This document shows, piece by piece, positions 18,285 through 25,296 of a stretch of DNA of 51,857 nucleotides (position 1 is the stretch's first letter; each line of letters starts with the position of its first letter). Position numbers and translations under genes: made by a program. The notes under the pieces were generated by a model, which was given only the letters and a program-made list of their open reading frames with translations, was not told the DNA's origin and did not search any database. The DNA comes from Clostridia bacterium (GTDB taxonomy: Bacteria > Bacillota > Clostridia > UMGS1883), in the NCBI GenBank assembly GCA_045591865.1, contig JAZNTQ010000027.1:1-51857 (forward strand). The letters run 5' to 3'.

Positions 18285-18893
18285 TTGGAAAATAATATAA
18301 TCACATTAACGGGAACTGTTGAAACAGAGGCAACCTACAGCCATAGTGTGCTTGATGAAAAATTCTATACCTTTATGCTCCGCGTTCCCAGACTTTCGCA
18401 GAACGACGATATCCTTCCTGTCACAATTGCCGAGCATCAGCTTGACAGTATGCTTATTCAGGAGGGCAACAAAATAAAAGTAAAGGGACAGCTTCGTAGT
18501 TATAACAAATATACTTCTCTCAAAACTCGCCTTATTCTCACAGTGTTTGCCAAAGGGATTGCTCCTGCATATGCCGATGACACCGAAAATCCCAACGAAA
18601 TTTTCATAAACGGATTTATATGCAAAGCCCCCATCTACAGGCGCACACCCTTCGGCAGAGAAATTACTGATTTAATTGTAGCAGTAAACCGTGCGTTTAA
18701 CCGCTCTGATTATATACCTGCAATCGCGTGGGGAAAAAATGCCGTCTTCAGCGAAAATCTCGAAGTGGGGAGTAACGTTATGCTCTGGGGCAGACTTCAG
18801 TCGAGAAATTATAATAAAAGAATTTCCGAGGACGAGACAGAGCAGAGAACAGCGTATGAACTCTCAATAACCAAAATAGAGAAACTTGCCTGA
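18285..18893 (+). CDS. Tandem OB-fold, SSB-like protein
   Basis: Two internally similar halves, each ending in a G.L.S.NY.K-like OB signature (KVKGQLRSYNKY and LWGRLQSRNYNKR). No acidic SSB tail. Start probably TTG 18285, 9 nt after AAAGGAG. The track start is TTG 18276. Confidence 0.55.
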   Translation: MENNIITLTGTVETEATYSHSVLDEKFYTFMLRVPRLSQNDDILPVTIAEHQLDSMLIQEGNKIKVKGQLRSYNKYTSLKTRLILTVFAKGIAPAYADDTENPNEIFINGFICKAPIYRRTPFGREITDLIVAVNRAFNRSDYIPAIAWGKNAVFSENLEVGSNVMLWGRLQSRNYNKRISEDETEQRTAYELSITKIEKLA

Positions 18894-18894
18894 A

Positions 18895-18936
18895 AAAGGG
18901 GATGCACTTTATCAAAAGTGCATCCCCTTTTTTCCT
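18895..18936 (+). terminator. Intrinsic terminator
   Basis: Stem aaggggatgcactt (18897-18910) with aagtgcatcccctt (18917-18930), followed by tttttt. Confidence 0.8.
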
Positions 18937-18949
18937 TGTATAAATGTCT

Positions 18950-18977
18950 TGCAAAAGGAAACGCTATATGCTATAAT
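18950..18977 (+). promoter_or_regulatory. Strong sigma-A promoter with extended -10
   Basis: TTGCAA (18950-18955), 16-nt spacer, TG-c-TATAAT (18969-18977). No ORF follows for about 290 nt. Confidence 0.6.
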
Positions 18978-18981
18978 TGAT

Positions 18982-19257
18982 AAGCACACAGTGGTTGGAC
19001 CCTGTATGGCTTTAAGACGAAAATCTGGATTACTACTGCGTAAAATCCCTTGAAAATACGAAAGTATTTCCTGCGGAATTTTACTTGTATTAACCGAAAA
19101 TTATCGCTCTTAAAGCTCTTCGGCCTTAAACGCATAAAATTTAGTGCAATTTTAATGCGGAGGATGAAGATAGGCTGACGCCTTTTGAGTACGACAAATG
19201 AAAGGTGTGCAAATTTTACAAGTTTAAGGCATGCAGGGTTCGATCACTGTGTGCTTA
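18982..19257 (+). ncRNA. Candidate structured non-coding RNA of about 276 nt, family not recognised
   Basis: The predicted TSS coincides with the 5' strand of a closing helix of about 31 bp: 18982-18993 with 19245-19256, 18997-19008 with 19230-19241, and 19010-19016 with 19223-19229. Internal helices include a GAAA-capped hairpin at 19054-19069. No credible ORF. Confidence 0.45.
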
Positions 19258-19269
19258 CGGTGAGTAATT

Positions 19270-19680
19270 ATGAAAATTTTAGGCCTTGATTACGGCGAAG
19301 CGAGGATTGGCGTAGCTGTGAGCGATGCTTTAGGGATGCTTGCAAATCCTCTTGACACCATATGCGAAAAAGACAGAGCACTTCAGCTTGAAAAAACTGC
19401 CGCTGTTGCAAGAGCGCACGGCGTAGAAAAAATAGTGGTAGGCTATCCCAAGCGGATGGACGGAACTCTGGGGCACCGCGCTGAATATACTGAAGCATTT
19501 GCGCGCGACCTTTCAGATATGCTTTCTGTACCATATATTATGTGGGACGAGCGTCTTTCCAGCACGGAGGCTCATAGAATACTTGAAAGCGGCGGCGTAA
19601 GCGGTAAAAAAAGAAAAACAAAGGTTGATAAGATTGCCGCAGTAATAATACTTCAGGGCTATCTTGACTCAACTTTTTAA
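19270..19680 (+). CDS. ruvX: YqgF/RuvX putative pre-16S rRNA nuclease (Holliday junction resolvase-like)
   Basis: 136 aa. MKILGLDYGEARIGVAVSD..., VVGYPKRMDGT, WDERLSS, DKIAAVIILQGYLD. Confidence 0.9.
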   Translation: MKILGLDYGEARIGVAVSDALGMLANPLDTICEKDRALQLEKTAAVARAHGVEKIVVGYPKRMDGTLGHRAEYTEAFARDLSDMLSVPYIMWDERLSSTEAHRILESGGVSGKKRKTKVDKIAAVIILQGYLDSTF

Positions 19681-19704
19681 TATTTGATAAAAGGAGTAAT
19701 TAAA

Positions 19705-19968
19705 ATGGCAGACAACACAAAAGACATTTTTGAAACAGTAGAGGAAGAATACGAATTTTTAGACACAGTCGAGCTTGACGGAGAAACATATTTTATGCTT
19801 ATTCCCGCAACTGACAGCGAAGAAATCGATGGAGAAGTTTTCATTATGAAGCTTGTTGAGGTTGATGGGGAAGAGATGCTTGAAGGAGTTGACGACCCTG
19901 CTCTTTTTGACAAGGTTTACAATATTTTCAAGGAAAATAACAAGGACGAATTTGAGTTTTTGGATTGA
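19705..19968 (+). CDS. DUF1292-family small acidic protein
   Basis: 87 aa, very acidic. The pattern (DGETYFMLIP...EVFIMKLVEVDGEEMLEGVDD...F) and its position right after ruvX are typical of the yrzB-like family. Start re-set to the ATG at 19705, after AAAGGAG. Confidence 0.75.
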   Translation: MADNTKDIFETVEEEYEFLDTVELDGETYFMLIPATDSEEIDGEVFIMKLVEVDGEEMLEGVDDPALFDKVYNIFKENNKDEFEFLD

Positions 19969-19993
19969 TTTATTCCGAAAATAGTGATATAAT
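19965..19993 (+). promoter_or_regulatory. Sigma-A promoter with extended -10, upstream of the SLH gene leader
   Basis: TTGATT (19965-19970), 17-nt spacer, TG-a-TATAAT (19985-19993). Confidence 0.5.
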
Positions 19994-19999
19994 AATTGC

Positions 20000-20183
20000 A
20001 GTTCCCTGCGGTGTGCGCAATTATGGATTTATTTTAACCAACACATCTATTAAGGGAGACTGAGCGTCTTGCCGTGGCGTGTAGGCCCTCCGTTTGCAGA
20101 GGGAAACCCATAAGCGGTGAGCAAGTCACCCACCTGCACATGCAGGTTTAGAATAATCCTAAATAAACGGCACTGCGGGGCTA
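20000..20183 (+). ncRNA. Candidate structured 5' leader or ncRNA of about 185 nt, family not recognised
   Basis: 10-bp closing helix, ccctgcggtg (20004-20013) with cactgcgggg (20171-20180). Four GC-rich internal hairpins: 20056-20070, 20086-20103, 20117-20130 and 20132-20146. GC content is visibly above the flanks. No ORF. Confidence 0.4.
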
Positions 20184-20228
20184 CATATTAAGCTAGTAAA
20201 AATTTTGATATATAAGGAGTACAAAAAG

Positions 20229-21176
20229 ATGAAAAGATTAACAATGATTGCTTTAGCTCTTGCATTAATCTTTAGCTTATCCGTAAGCTCATTTGCAGCT
20301 TTCTCCGATATGCTCGAGGGCGCAGATGGTGAAGTTTTGCAGAGAGCTGTTGACAATGGCTTGCTTGAAGGCTTTGAGGATGGAACAGTTCAGCCCAATA
20401 CACCTATCATCCGTGCACAGATGGCAACAATTTTCGCCCGTGCAATGAAAGCGGAGGAAAAGGCTGACATAAGCCGGTTTGTTGACGTAACCCCCGAGGA
20501 CTGGTACTATGAAGCTATGCAGAAGGCAGTATCTATGGGTGCGTTCAAGGGTGATGATCTTTCAAGGCTCAATCCCAACAATTCAATCACAAGGCAGGAA
20601 GCATTTATCGTTCTTTACAGAATTTTTAATATCCCCGACTCCAGAGAAGGTATAATAGATAATCACTCTGACGGTCATCTTGTTGCAGATTGGGCAAGAA
20701 AAGAGACCAGCGCCCTTGTGACATATTGCCTTGAAGATGTTAATTATATAAGACCTCTTGACCCGATGACACGCCTTGAATTTGCACAGCTAATGGACAA
20801 GATAGTTACTACATATATTGACAAAGAAGGCGAATACACTTCTCTTCCCGATGGTAACGTGCTTATAAGAGCGAATAATGTAAACTTAAAAGGCATTGTA
20901 AATAATAATACCATCTACGTGGGTGATGGTGTTACAACTATGGTTAATTTTGACAACTCTACCTGTGAAAGAGTGGTAATACGCGGAAAGAGAGCATCTT
21001 TTAATTCAGGTCAGTACGGTCAAGTCTACGCAATCGGTTTGGGAGCAAGAGTATATATCACGAAGAATCCCTTTGAACTTGTAAAGACATATGCTGACGG
21101 AACGATGGGCTTTTTCTATGCTGCTCCTGAAAGAGCAGTGCTCGTTCCTGCAATCCAGCAGATAACAGGGAAATAA
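20229..21176 (+). CDS. Secreted S-layer-homology (SLH) domain protein
   Basis: Signal peptide MKRLTMIALALALIFSLSVSSFA, then three SLH-like repeats (FSDM...LEGFEDGTVQPNTPIIRAQMATIFARAM; FVDV...FKGDD..LNPNNSITRQEAFIVLYRIF; a third degenerate copy). Start re-set to the ATG at 20229, after AAGGAG. Confidence 0.8.
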   Translation: MKRLTMIALALALIFSLSVSSFAAFSDMLEGADGEVLQRAVDNGLLEGFEDGTVQPNTPIIRAQMATIFARAMKAEEKADISRFVDVTPEDWYYEAMQKAVSMGAFKGDDLSRLNPNNSITRQEAFIVLYRIFNIPDSREGIIDNHSDGHLVADWARKETSALVTYCLEDVNYIRPLDPMTRLEFAQLMDKIVTTYIDKEGEYTSLPDGNVLIRANNVNLKGIVNNNTIYVGDGVTTMVNFDNSTCERVVIRGKRASFNSGQYGQVYAIGLGARVYITKNPFELVKTYADGTMGFFYAAPERAVLVPAIQQITGK

Positions 21177-21191
21177 TCAAAAACTGAAAAC

Positions 21192-21230
21192 AAGGTTGTT
21201 GCGAAAAACTCGTAACAACCTTTCGGTTTC
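21192..21230 (+). terminator. Intrinsic terminator after the SLH gene
   Basis: 12-bp stem, aaggttgttgcg (21192-21203) with cgtaacaacctt (21211-21222), then a weak T-tract. Confidence 0.6.
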
Positions 21231-21257
21231 ATTCTGTACTAAATAGGATGTGACAGC

Positions 21258-21725
21258 GTGAAAAACGTGGAAATTTATACAGATGGCGCCTGTACGGGAA
21301 ATCCCGGAAGGGGTGGCTTCGGAGCAGTGCTTATTTATAACGAAAATGAAAAGCAAATAAGCCGCGGATACAGAAAAACCACCAACAACAGAATGGAGCT
21401 TATGGCGGCGGTTGAATCGCTCAAACTTTTGAAAGAACCGTGCAAAGTAACCCTTTACAGCGACTCTAAATATCTTACAGATGCAATAAATCAGAAGTGG
21501 TTGTTCACCTGGCAGAAAAACGGATGGAAAAAATCCGATAAAAAAAGTGTGCTTAACACTGATTTGTGGACTGAACTTTTAAATCTCATACAAGTTCACA
21601 ATGTTACCTTTATCTGGGTGAAAGGGCACGCAGGAAATAAGTATAACGAGATATGTGACACGTTGGCTGTAGAAGCATATAGCAACCGCGCCGAATACAT
21701 TGACCAATATTATGAAAAACTCTAA
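21258..21725 (+). CDS. rnhA: Ribonuclease HI
   Basis: 155 aa. [49 protein letters not shown]. Confidence 0.9.
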   Translation: MKNVEIYTDGACTGNPGRGGFGAVLIYNENEKQISRGYRKTTNNRMELMAAVESLKLLKEPCKVTLYSDSKYLTDAINQKWLFTWQKNGWKKSDKKSVLNTDLWTELLNLIQVHNVTFIWVKGHAGNKYNEICDTLAVEAYSNRAEYIDQYYEKL

Positions 21726-21742
21726 AAAAGCGCTTATTACTA

Positions 21743-21772
21743 TTGACAAAAACAGTGGTTTTGTATTAGAAT
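21743..21772 (+). promoter_or_regulatory. Candidate sigma-A promoter for the Wzz/kinase/phosphatase operon
   Basis: TTGACA (21743-21748), 18-nt spacer, TAGAAT (21767-21772). Confidence 0.45.
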
Positions 21773-21804
21773 AAAAGCCAGATTTATTTGTGGAGGGAAA
21801 TCAA

Positions 21805-22557
21805 ATGAACACTTCAAATGATATTGAACAGGTAGACATAAAACGAATGATAGAAATCGTTCTGGAAAGAATAGTATCAATCGTTATAATAACTGTTATT
21901 TTCGGTATGATAACATTTGCACTCAGCGAATTTTTCATCACCCCGAAATACGAGTCAAGCATCACAATGTATGTTAACAACAGAAGAAGCGATGCAGAGG
22001 CAACATCCGAGACAAAGACTCTTTCAAGTGATATCACTGCTTCTCAACAGCTCGTACCTACATATATAGAAATGATAAAGAGTAACAACGTTTTGCAGGA
22101 AGTTTGCGATGTTGTTAAGGAAAAGACAGGCGAGAAATTCACTGTCAGAAAGATAAAGGATATGCTTACCGTTGAAGCGGTATTGAACACAGAAATTATT
22201 CGCGTATCTGTAAGAACAACCGAAAGCGTTATGGCGCGTGAAATCGCAAATACAATTGCCAGCGTTGCTCCTGATAAAATTCAGAAGTTTATCGAGCGAA
22301 GCGATGTAAGAATTATCGATAAGGCAAAGCTTTCAACTGCTCCTGTTTCACCCAATGTGCGTAACAACACAATTCTTGGTGCGCTCCTCGGTCTTGTTTT
22401 GAGTATATCATTCATTCTTCTCAAGGAACTTTTTGATGTGCGTGTAAAATCAGCAGACGACCTTGTAGCAAGATTTAATCTTCCTGTTTTGGGTACAATT
22501 CCTGAAATTAATGTATCTTACGACGAGTCGGCTCACGAAGAAGACATGTACCAATAA
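21805..22557 (+). CDS. Wzz/CpsC-type polysaccharide co-polymerase (tyrosine-kinase transmembrane modulator)
   Basis: Two TM helices flank a periplasm-like domain. ITPKYESSITMYVNN and SPNVRNNTILGALLGLVL motifs. Start re-set to the ATG at 21805, after GGAGGGA. Confidence 0.85.
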   Translation: MNTSNDIEQVDIKRMIEIVLERIVSIVIITVIFGMITFALSEFFITPKYESSITMYVNNRRSDAEATSETKTLSSDITASQQLVPTYIEMIKSNNVLQEVCDVVKEKTGEKFTVRKIKDMLTVEAVLNTEIIRVSVRTTESVMAREIANTIASVAPDKIQKFIERSDVRIIDKAKLSTAPVSPNVRNNTILGALLGLVLSISFILLKELFDVRVKSADDLVARFNLPVLGTIPEINVSYDESAHEEDMYQ

Positions 22558-22581
22558 AAGTAAAGGGAAGGAGGAAGTAAA

Positions 22582-23496
22582 ATGGCTAATTTAGTTTCAA
22601 ATATGAGAAAAATCCCGTCAAAATTACTCAAAAAGGGTGCAACAGCGACAAGCTCTCCCTTGGTTGTAAAAAGAGCAAGAATTCTTAACGACAAGAGCTC
22701 TTTCCATGTAAAAGAGGCGTATAAGGCTCTTCGTACGAACATTGTATTTGCAATCCCTCATGACGGAGCAAAAAGAATAATTGTTACAAGTGCCCTTGCA
22801 GGTGAAGGTAAGAGTACAAACTGCCTCAACCTTGCAATATCATTTGCACAGACTGGTGCAAAGGTGCTTCTTGTTGACTGTGACCTTAGAAAGCCTAACG
22901 TTGCAAATCTTCTTAACATCCAGTCAACCCCGGGTCTTTCCAACGTTCTGGCAAACCTTAATACAATAGATTCTGTTATAGTTCATTCGGAATATCCCAA
23001 TCTTGATGTTATTCCTTCAGGTGATATGCCTCCGAACCCGGCGGAACTTCTGGGTAGTTCTGCTATGCAGGAAACCCTTGACAGACTCTCCGAGATTTAC
23101 GACTACATATTCCTTGATACATCTCCCATTAACCTTGTAACTGACTCTGCTGTCCTTTCCAAGATGGCTCACGGTATAGTCTTGGTTGTAAGACAGGGAA
23201 GAACTGACAAAGAAAGCGTTGCTGAAGCTATCAAGAAGCTTTCATTTGTTAATGCAAATATCATCGGCTTTGTTCTTAACGGCAGACTTACTGACATCAA
23301 GATGGGTCAGCGCTACGGTAGACAGGGCTATTACCGCTATGGTAAGGGAAGATATTACGGCAGAGGCTATTATGGCTACGGATATGGCAGAGGCTATGGT
23401 TACGGTTATGGCAGCAGAAGCTATGGCAGCAGAAGCTATGGCTACACTAAGAAGGATACTCAGGTTGCACCTGCTTCGAAAAGCGAGAAGAAGTAA
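22582..23496 (+). CDS. CpsD/CapB-family bacterial tyrosine kinase (BY-kinase) with an extended Tyr-rich tail
   Basis: Walker A TSALAGEGKST, Walker A' LLVDCDLRKP, Walker B IFLDTSP. The C-terminal tail has 16 Tyr in about 50 residues. Confidence 0.9.
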   Translation: MANLVSNMRKIPSKLLKKGATATSSPLVVKRARILNDKSSFHVKEAYKALRTNIVFAIPHDGAKRIIVTSALAGEGKSTNCLNLAISFAQTGAKVLLVDCDLRKPNVANLLNIQSTPGLSNVLANLNTIDSVIVHSEYPNLDVIPSGDMPPNPAELLGSSAMQETLDRLSEIYDYIFLDTSPINLVTDSAVLSKMAHGIVLVVRQGRTDKESVAEAIKKLSFVNANIIGFVLNGRLTDIKMGQRYGRQGYYRYGKGRYYGRGYYGYGYGRGYGYGYGSRSYGSRSYGYTKKDTQVAPASKSEKK

Positions 23497-23515
23497 GAGA
23501 TAAGAAGGTTTTTGT

Positions 23516-24235
23516 ATGATTGATTTTCATACCCATATATTGCCAGAAATAGATGATGGAAGCAGCAGTGTTTCAGAATCTATAAAGCTTCTTAAAATGC
23601 TTAAGGAACAAGGTATAGAGAAGGTGGTATTGACCCCGCACTTTTATGCCTATTCATCTTCGGCAGAGTCTTTTCTAAAGCTTCGTAAGGAAGCGCTTGC
23701 AAATCTTGTCAATGAGCTTCGTAAAGAACCGCTTGATATAGACATTTATCTTGGGTGCGAGGTCCTCTATTTCGAAGAACTCTGGAGGCTTGAAAATCTT
23801 AAAAGCTATTGCATAGAGGGAACAAAATATTTGCTTATAGAAATGCCTTTCTCTCCATGGGAAGACTCTGTGATAGACGGTATCGAAAAAATCATAGCAA
23901 AGGGATATGTTCCTATTATTGCTCATTTTGAAAGATATCTTGGATATCGAGGAAATGAGAAAAAGGTTTATAAGCTTCTTTCTATGGGAGCTTTGCTCCA
24001 GATGAACTGCAGTTTCTTAAATGCATTTTTCACAAGAAGAAAAGCAGTTAAGCTTATTAAAAAAGGATACATTTCAGCCCTTGGCACAGACTGTCACAAC
24101 ACGTCCGAAAGGGCTCCTAAATATGGTACCGCAAATGAATATCTTAAGAAGAAGCTTTCTTCTCACAGATATGAGAGATTTCAGAAAAAACAAAGACGAA
24201 TATTAAGTGGTGCCGAAAAAGTTTCATTTGATTAA
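23516..24235 (+). CDS. CpsB/YwqE-type PHP-family protein-tyrosine phosphatase
   Basis: MIDFHTHILPEIDDGS, LTPHF, IAHFERY and GTDCHN metal-binding motifs. Confidence 0.9.
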   Translation: MIDFHTHILPEIDDGSSSVSESIKLLKMLKEQGIEKVVLTPHFYAYSSSAESFLKLRKEALANLVNELRKEPLDIDIYLGCEVLYFEELWRLENLKSYCIEGTKYLLIEMPFSPWEDSVIDGIEKIIAKGYVPIIAHFERYLGYRGNEKKVYKLLSMGALLQMNCSFLNAFFTRRKAVKLIKKGYISALGTDCHNTSERAPKYGTANEYLKKKLSSHRYERFQKKQRRILSGAEKVSFD

Positions 24236-24239
24236 AGAT

Positions 24240-24270
24240 AAAACTCCGCATTAGCGGAGTTTTGTTTGTT
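24240..24270 (+). terminator. Intrinsic terminator after the phosphatase gene
   Basis: Stem aaaactccgc (24240-24249), loop atta, gcggagtttt (24254-24263), then a T-rich tract. Confidence 0.75.
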
Positions 24271-24280
24271 AGGTGGTTTT

Positions 24281-25165
24281 ATGTTTAAAGAATATGAAAA
24301 CTGTGCTCTCTGCCCCAGAGAATGCAGAGTTAACAGGAATAAAGGGGAGAGGGGATTTTGCACTCAATCCGCTGAATTGAGAATAGGAAGAAGTGCGCTT
24401 CATCATTGGGAAGAACCGTGCATTTCGGGAGAAAGAGGTTCGGGAACAGTGTTTTTTTCGGGATGCTCTCTCCGATGTATCTACTGTCAAAACTTTAAGT
24501 TAAGCCGAGGAAAACTTGGGCAGAAACCACAGGAAGAGCTGTGCGACGTTTTTATGAGACTTCAGAAAGAGGGCGCACATAACGTAAATCTTGTGACGGC
24601 AGAGCATTTTGCTCCGCATATAAAGGAAGCCGTAATAAAAGCTCGAAAAAAGGGGCTTAAGATCCCCGTGATATTAAACAGCAGCGGATACGTTTCTCTT
24701 GAAACATTAAAAATCCTGAAGGATGTAATCGATATATATCTTGTTGATTTTAAGTATATGGATGATTCTATTGCAAAAAAATATTCGCTTGCTCCTGATT
24801 ACCCCGAAATTGCAAAAAAAGCCATATCTGAAATGGTAAAGCTAACGGGTAAGGCAGAATTTGATGATGACGGGATGCTGAAGAAGGGAGTAGTAGTACG
24901 CCATCTGTGTCTTCCGTCGCATACGGAGGACTCAAAGTGTATCATAAAGTATCTTTTTGATACTTATAAAACAAAAATTATTTACAGTATTATGCGTCAG
25001 TACACGCCTATGAAAGAGTGCGCAGAATATGAAAATCTTTGCAGGAAAATAACTGATGAAGAATATGATGTTGTAATAGATTTTTGCATTGAATTGGGCA
25101 TAGAAGATGCCTACATACAAGAAGGGGAGTGTGCTTTGGAGAGCTTTATCCCCGAGTTCAGATGA
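24281..25165 (+). CDS. Radical SAM protein, PflX-like (pyruvate formate-lyase activase homologue)
   Basis: N-terminal CALCPRECRVNR...GFC cluster plus the canonical CSLRCIYCQN radical-SAM motif. Start re-set to the ATG at 24281, after AGGTGG. Confidence 0.8.
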   Translation: MFKEYENCALCPRECRVNRNKGERGFCTQSAELRIGRSALHHWEEPCISGERGSGTVFFSGCSLRCIYCQNFKLSRGKLGQKPQEELCDVFMRLQKEGAHNVNLVTAEHFAPHIKEAVIKARKKGLKIPVILNSSGYVSLETLKILKDVIDIYLVDFKYMDDSIAKKYSLAPDYPEIAKKAISEMVKLTGKAEFDDDGMLKKGVVVRHLCLPSHTEDSKCIIKYLFDTYKTKIIYSIMRQYTPMKECAEYENLCRKITDEEYDVVIDFCIELGIEDAYIQEGECALESFIPEFR

Positions 25166-25224
25166 GATGGCGGCACTTTTTACGAAAAAGTGTCGCTATT
25201 TTGGTAAAATTATGCCTATTTTAC

Positions 25225-25254
25225 TTGCAAATATGCGCGCCCGAATGTTATAAT
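25225..25254 (+). promoter_or_regulatory. Sigma-A promoter of tyrS
   Basis: TTGCAA (25225-25230), 18-nt spacer, TG-t-TATAAT (25246-25254). This leaves a leader of only about 35 nt. Confidence 0.5.
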
Positions 25255-25296
25255 ATATAATGAGTTGTAGTATAGCCTTGAAAGGAATGATTATAA

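Noticed and set aside
19231-19257. GGTTCGAT near the 3' end of the ruvX-upstream RNA, reminiscent of a tRNA/tmRNA T-loop.
   Set aside because: The flanks do not form a T-arm. There is no CCTGC to pair with GCAGG, no acceptor-stem/CCA arrangement and no tag ORF. Those bases are instead part of the long closing helix.
23219-23503. 94-aa alternative-frame ORF over the BY-kinase tail (MATDMAEAMVTVMAAEAMAAEAMA...).
   Set aside because: It is an artefact of the repetitive GGCTATGG-type DNA that encodes the Tyr/Gly tail. It is nested in a well-supported kinase frame.
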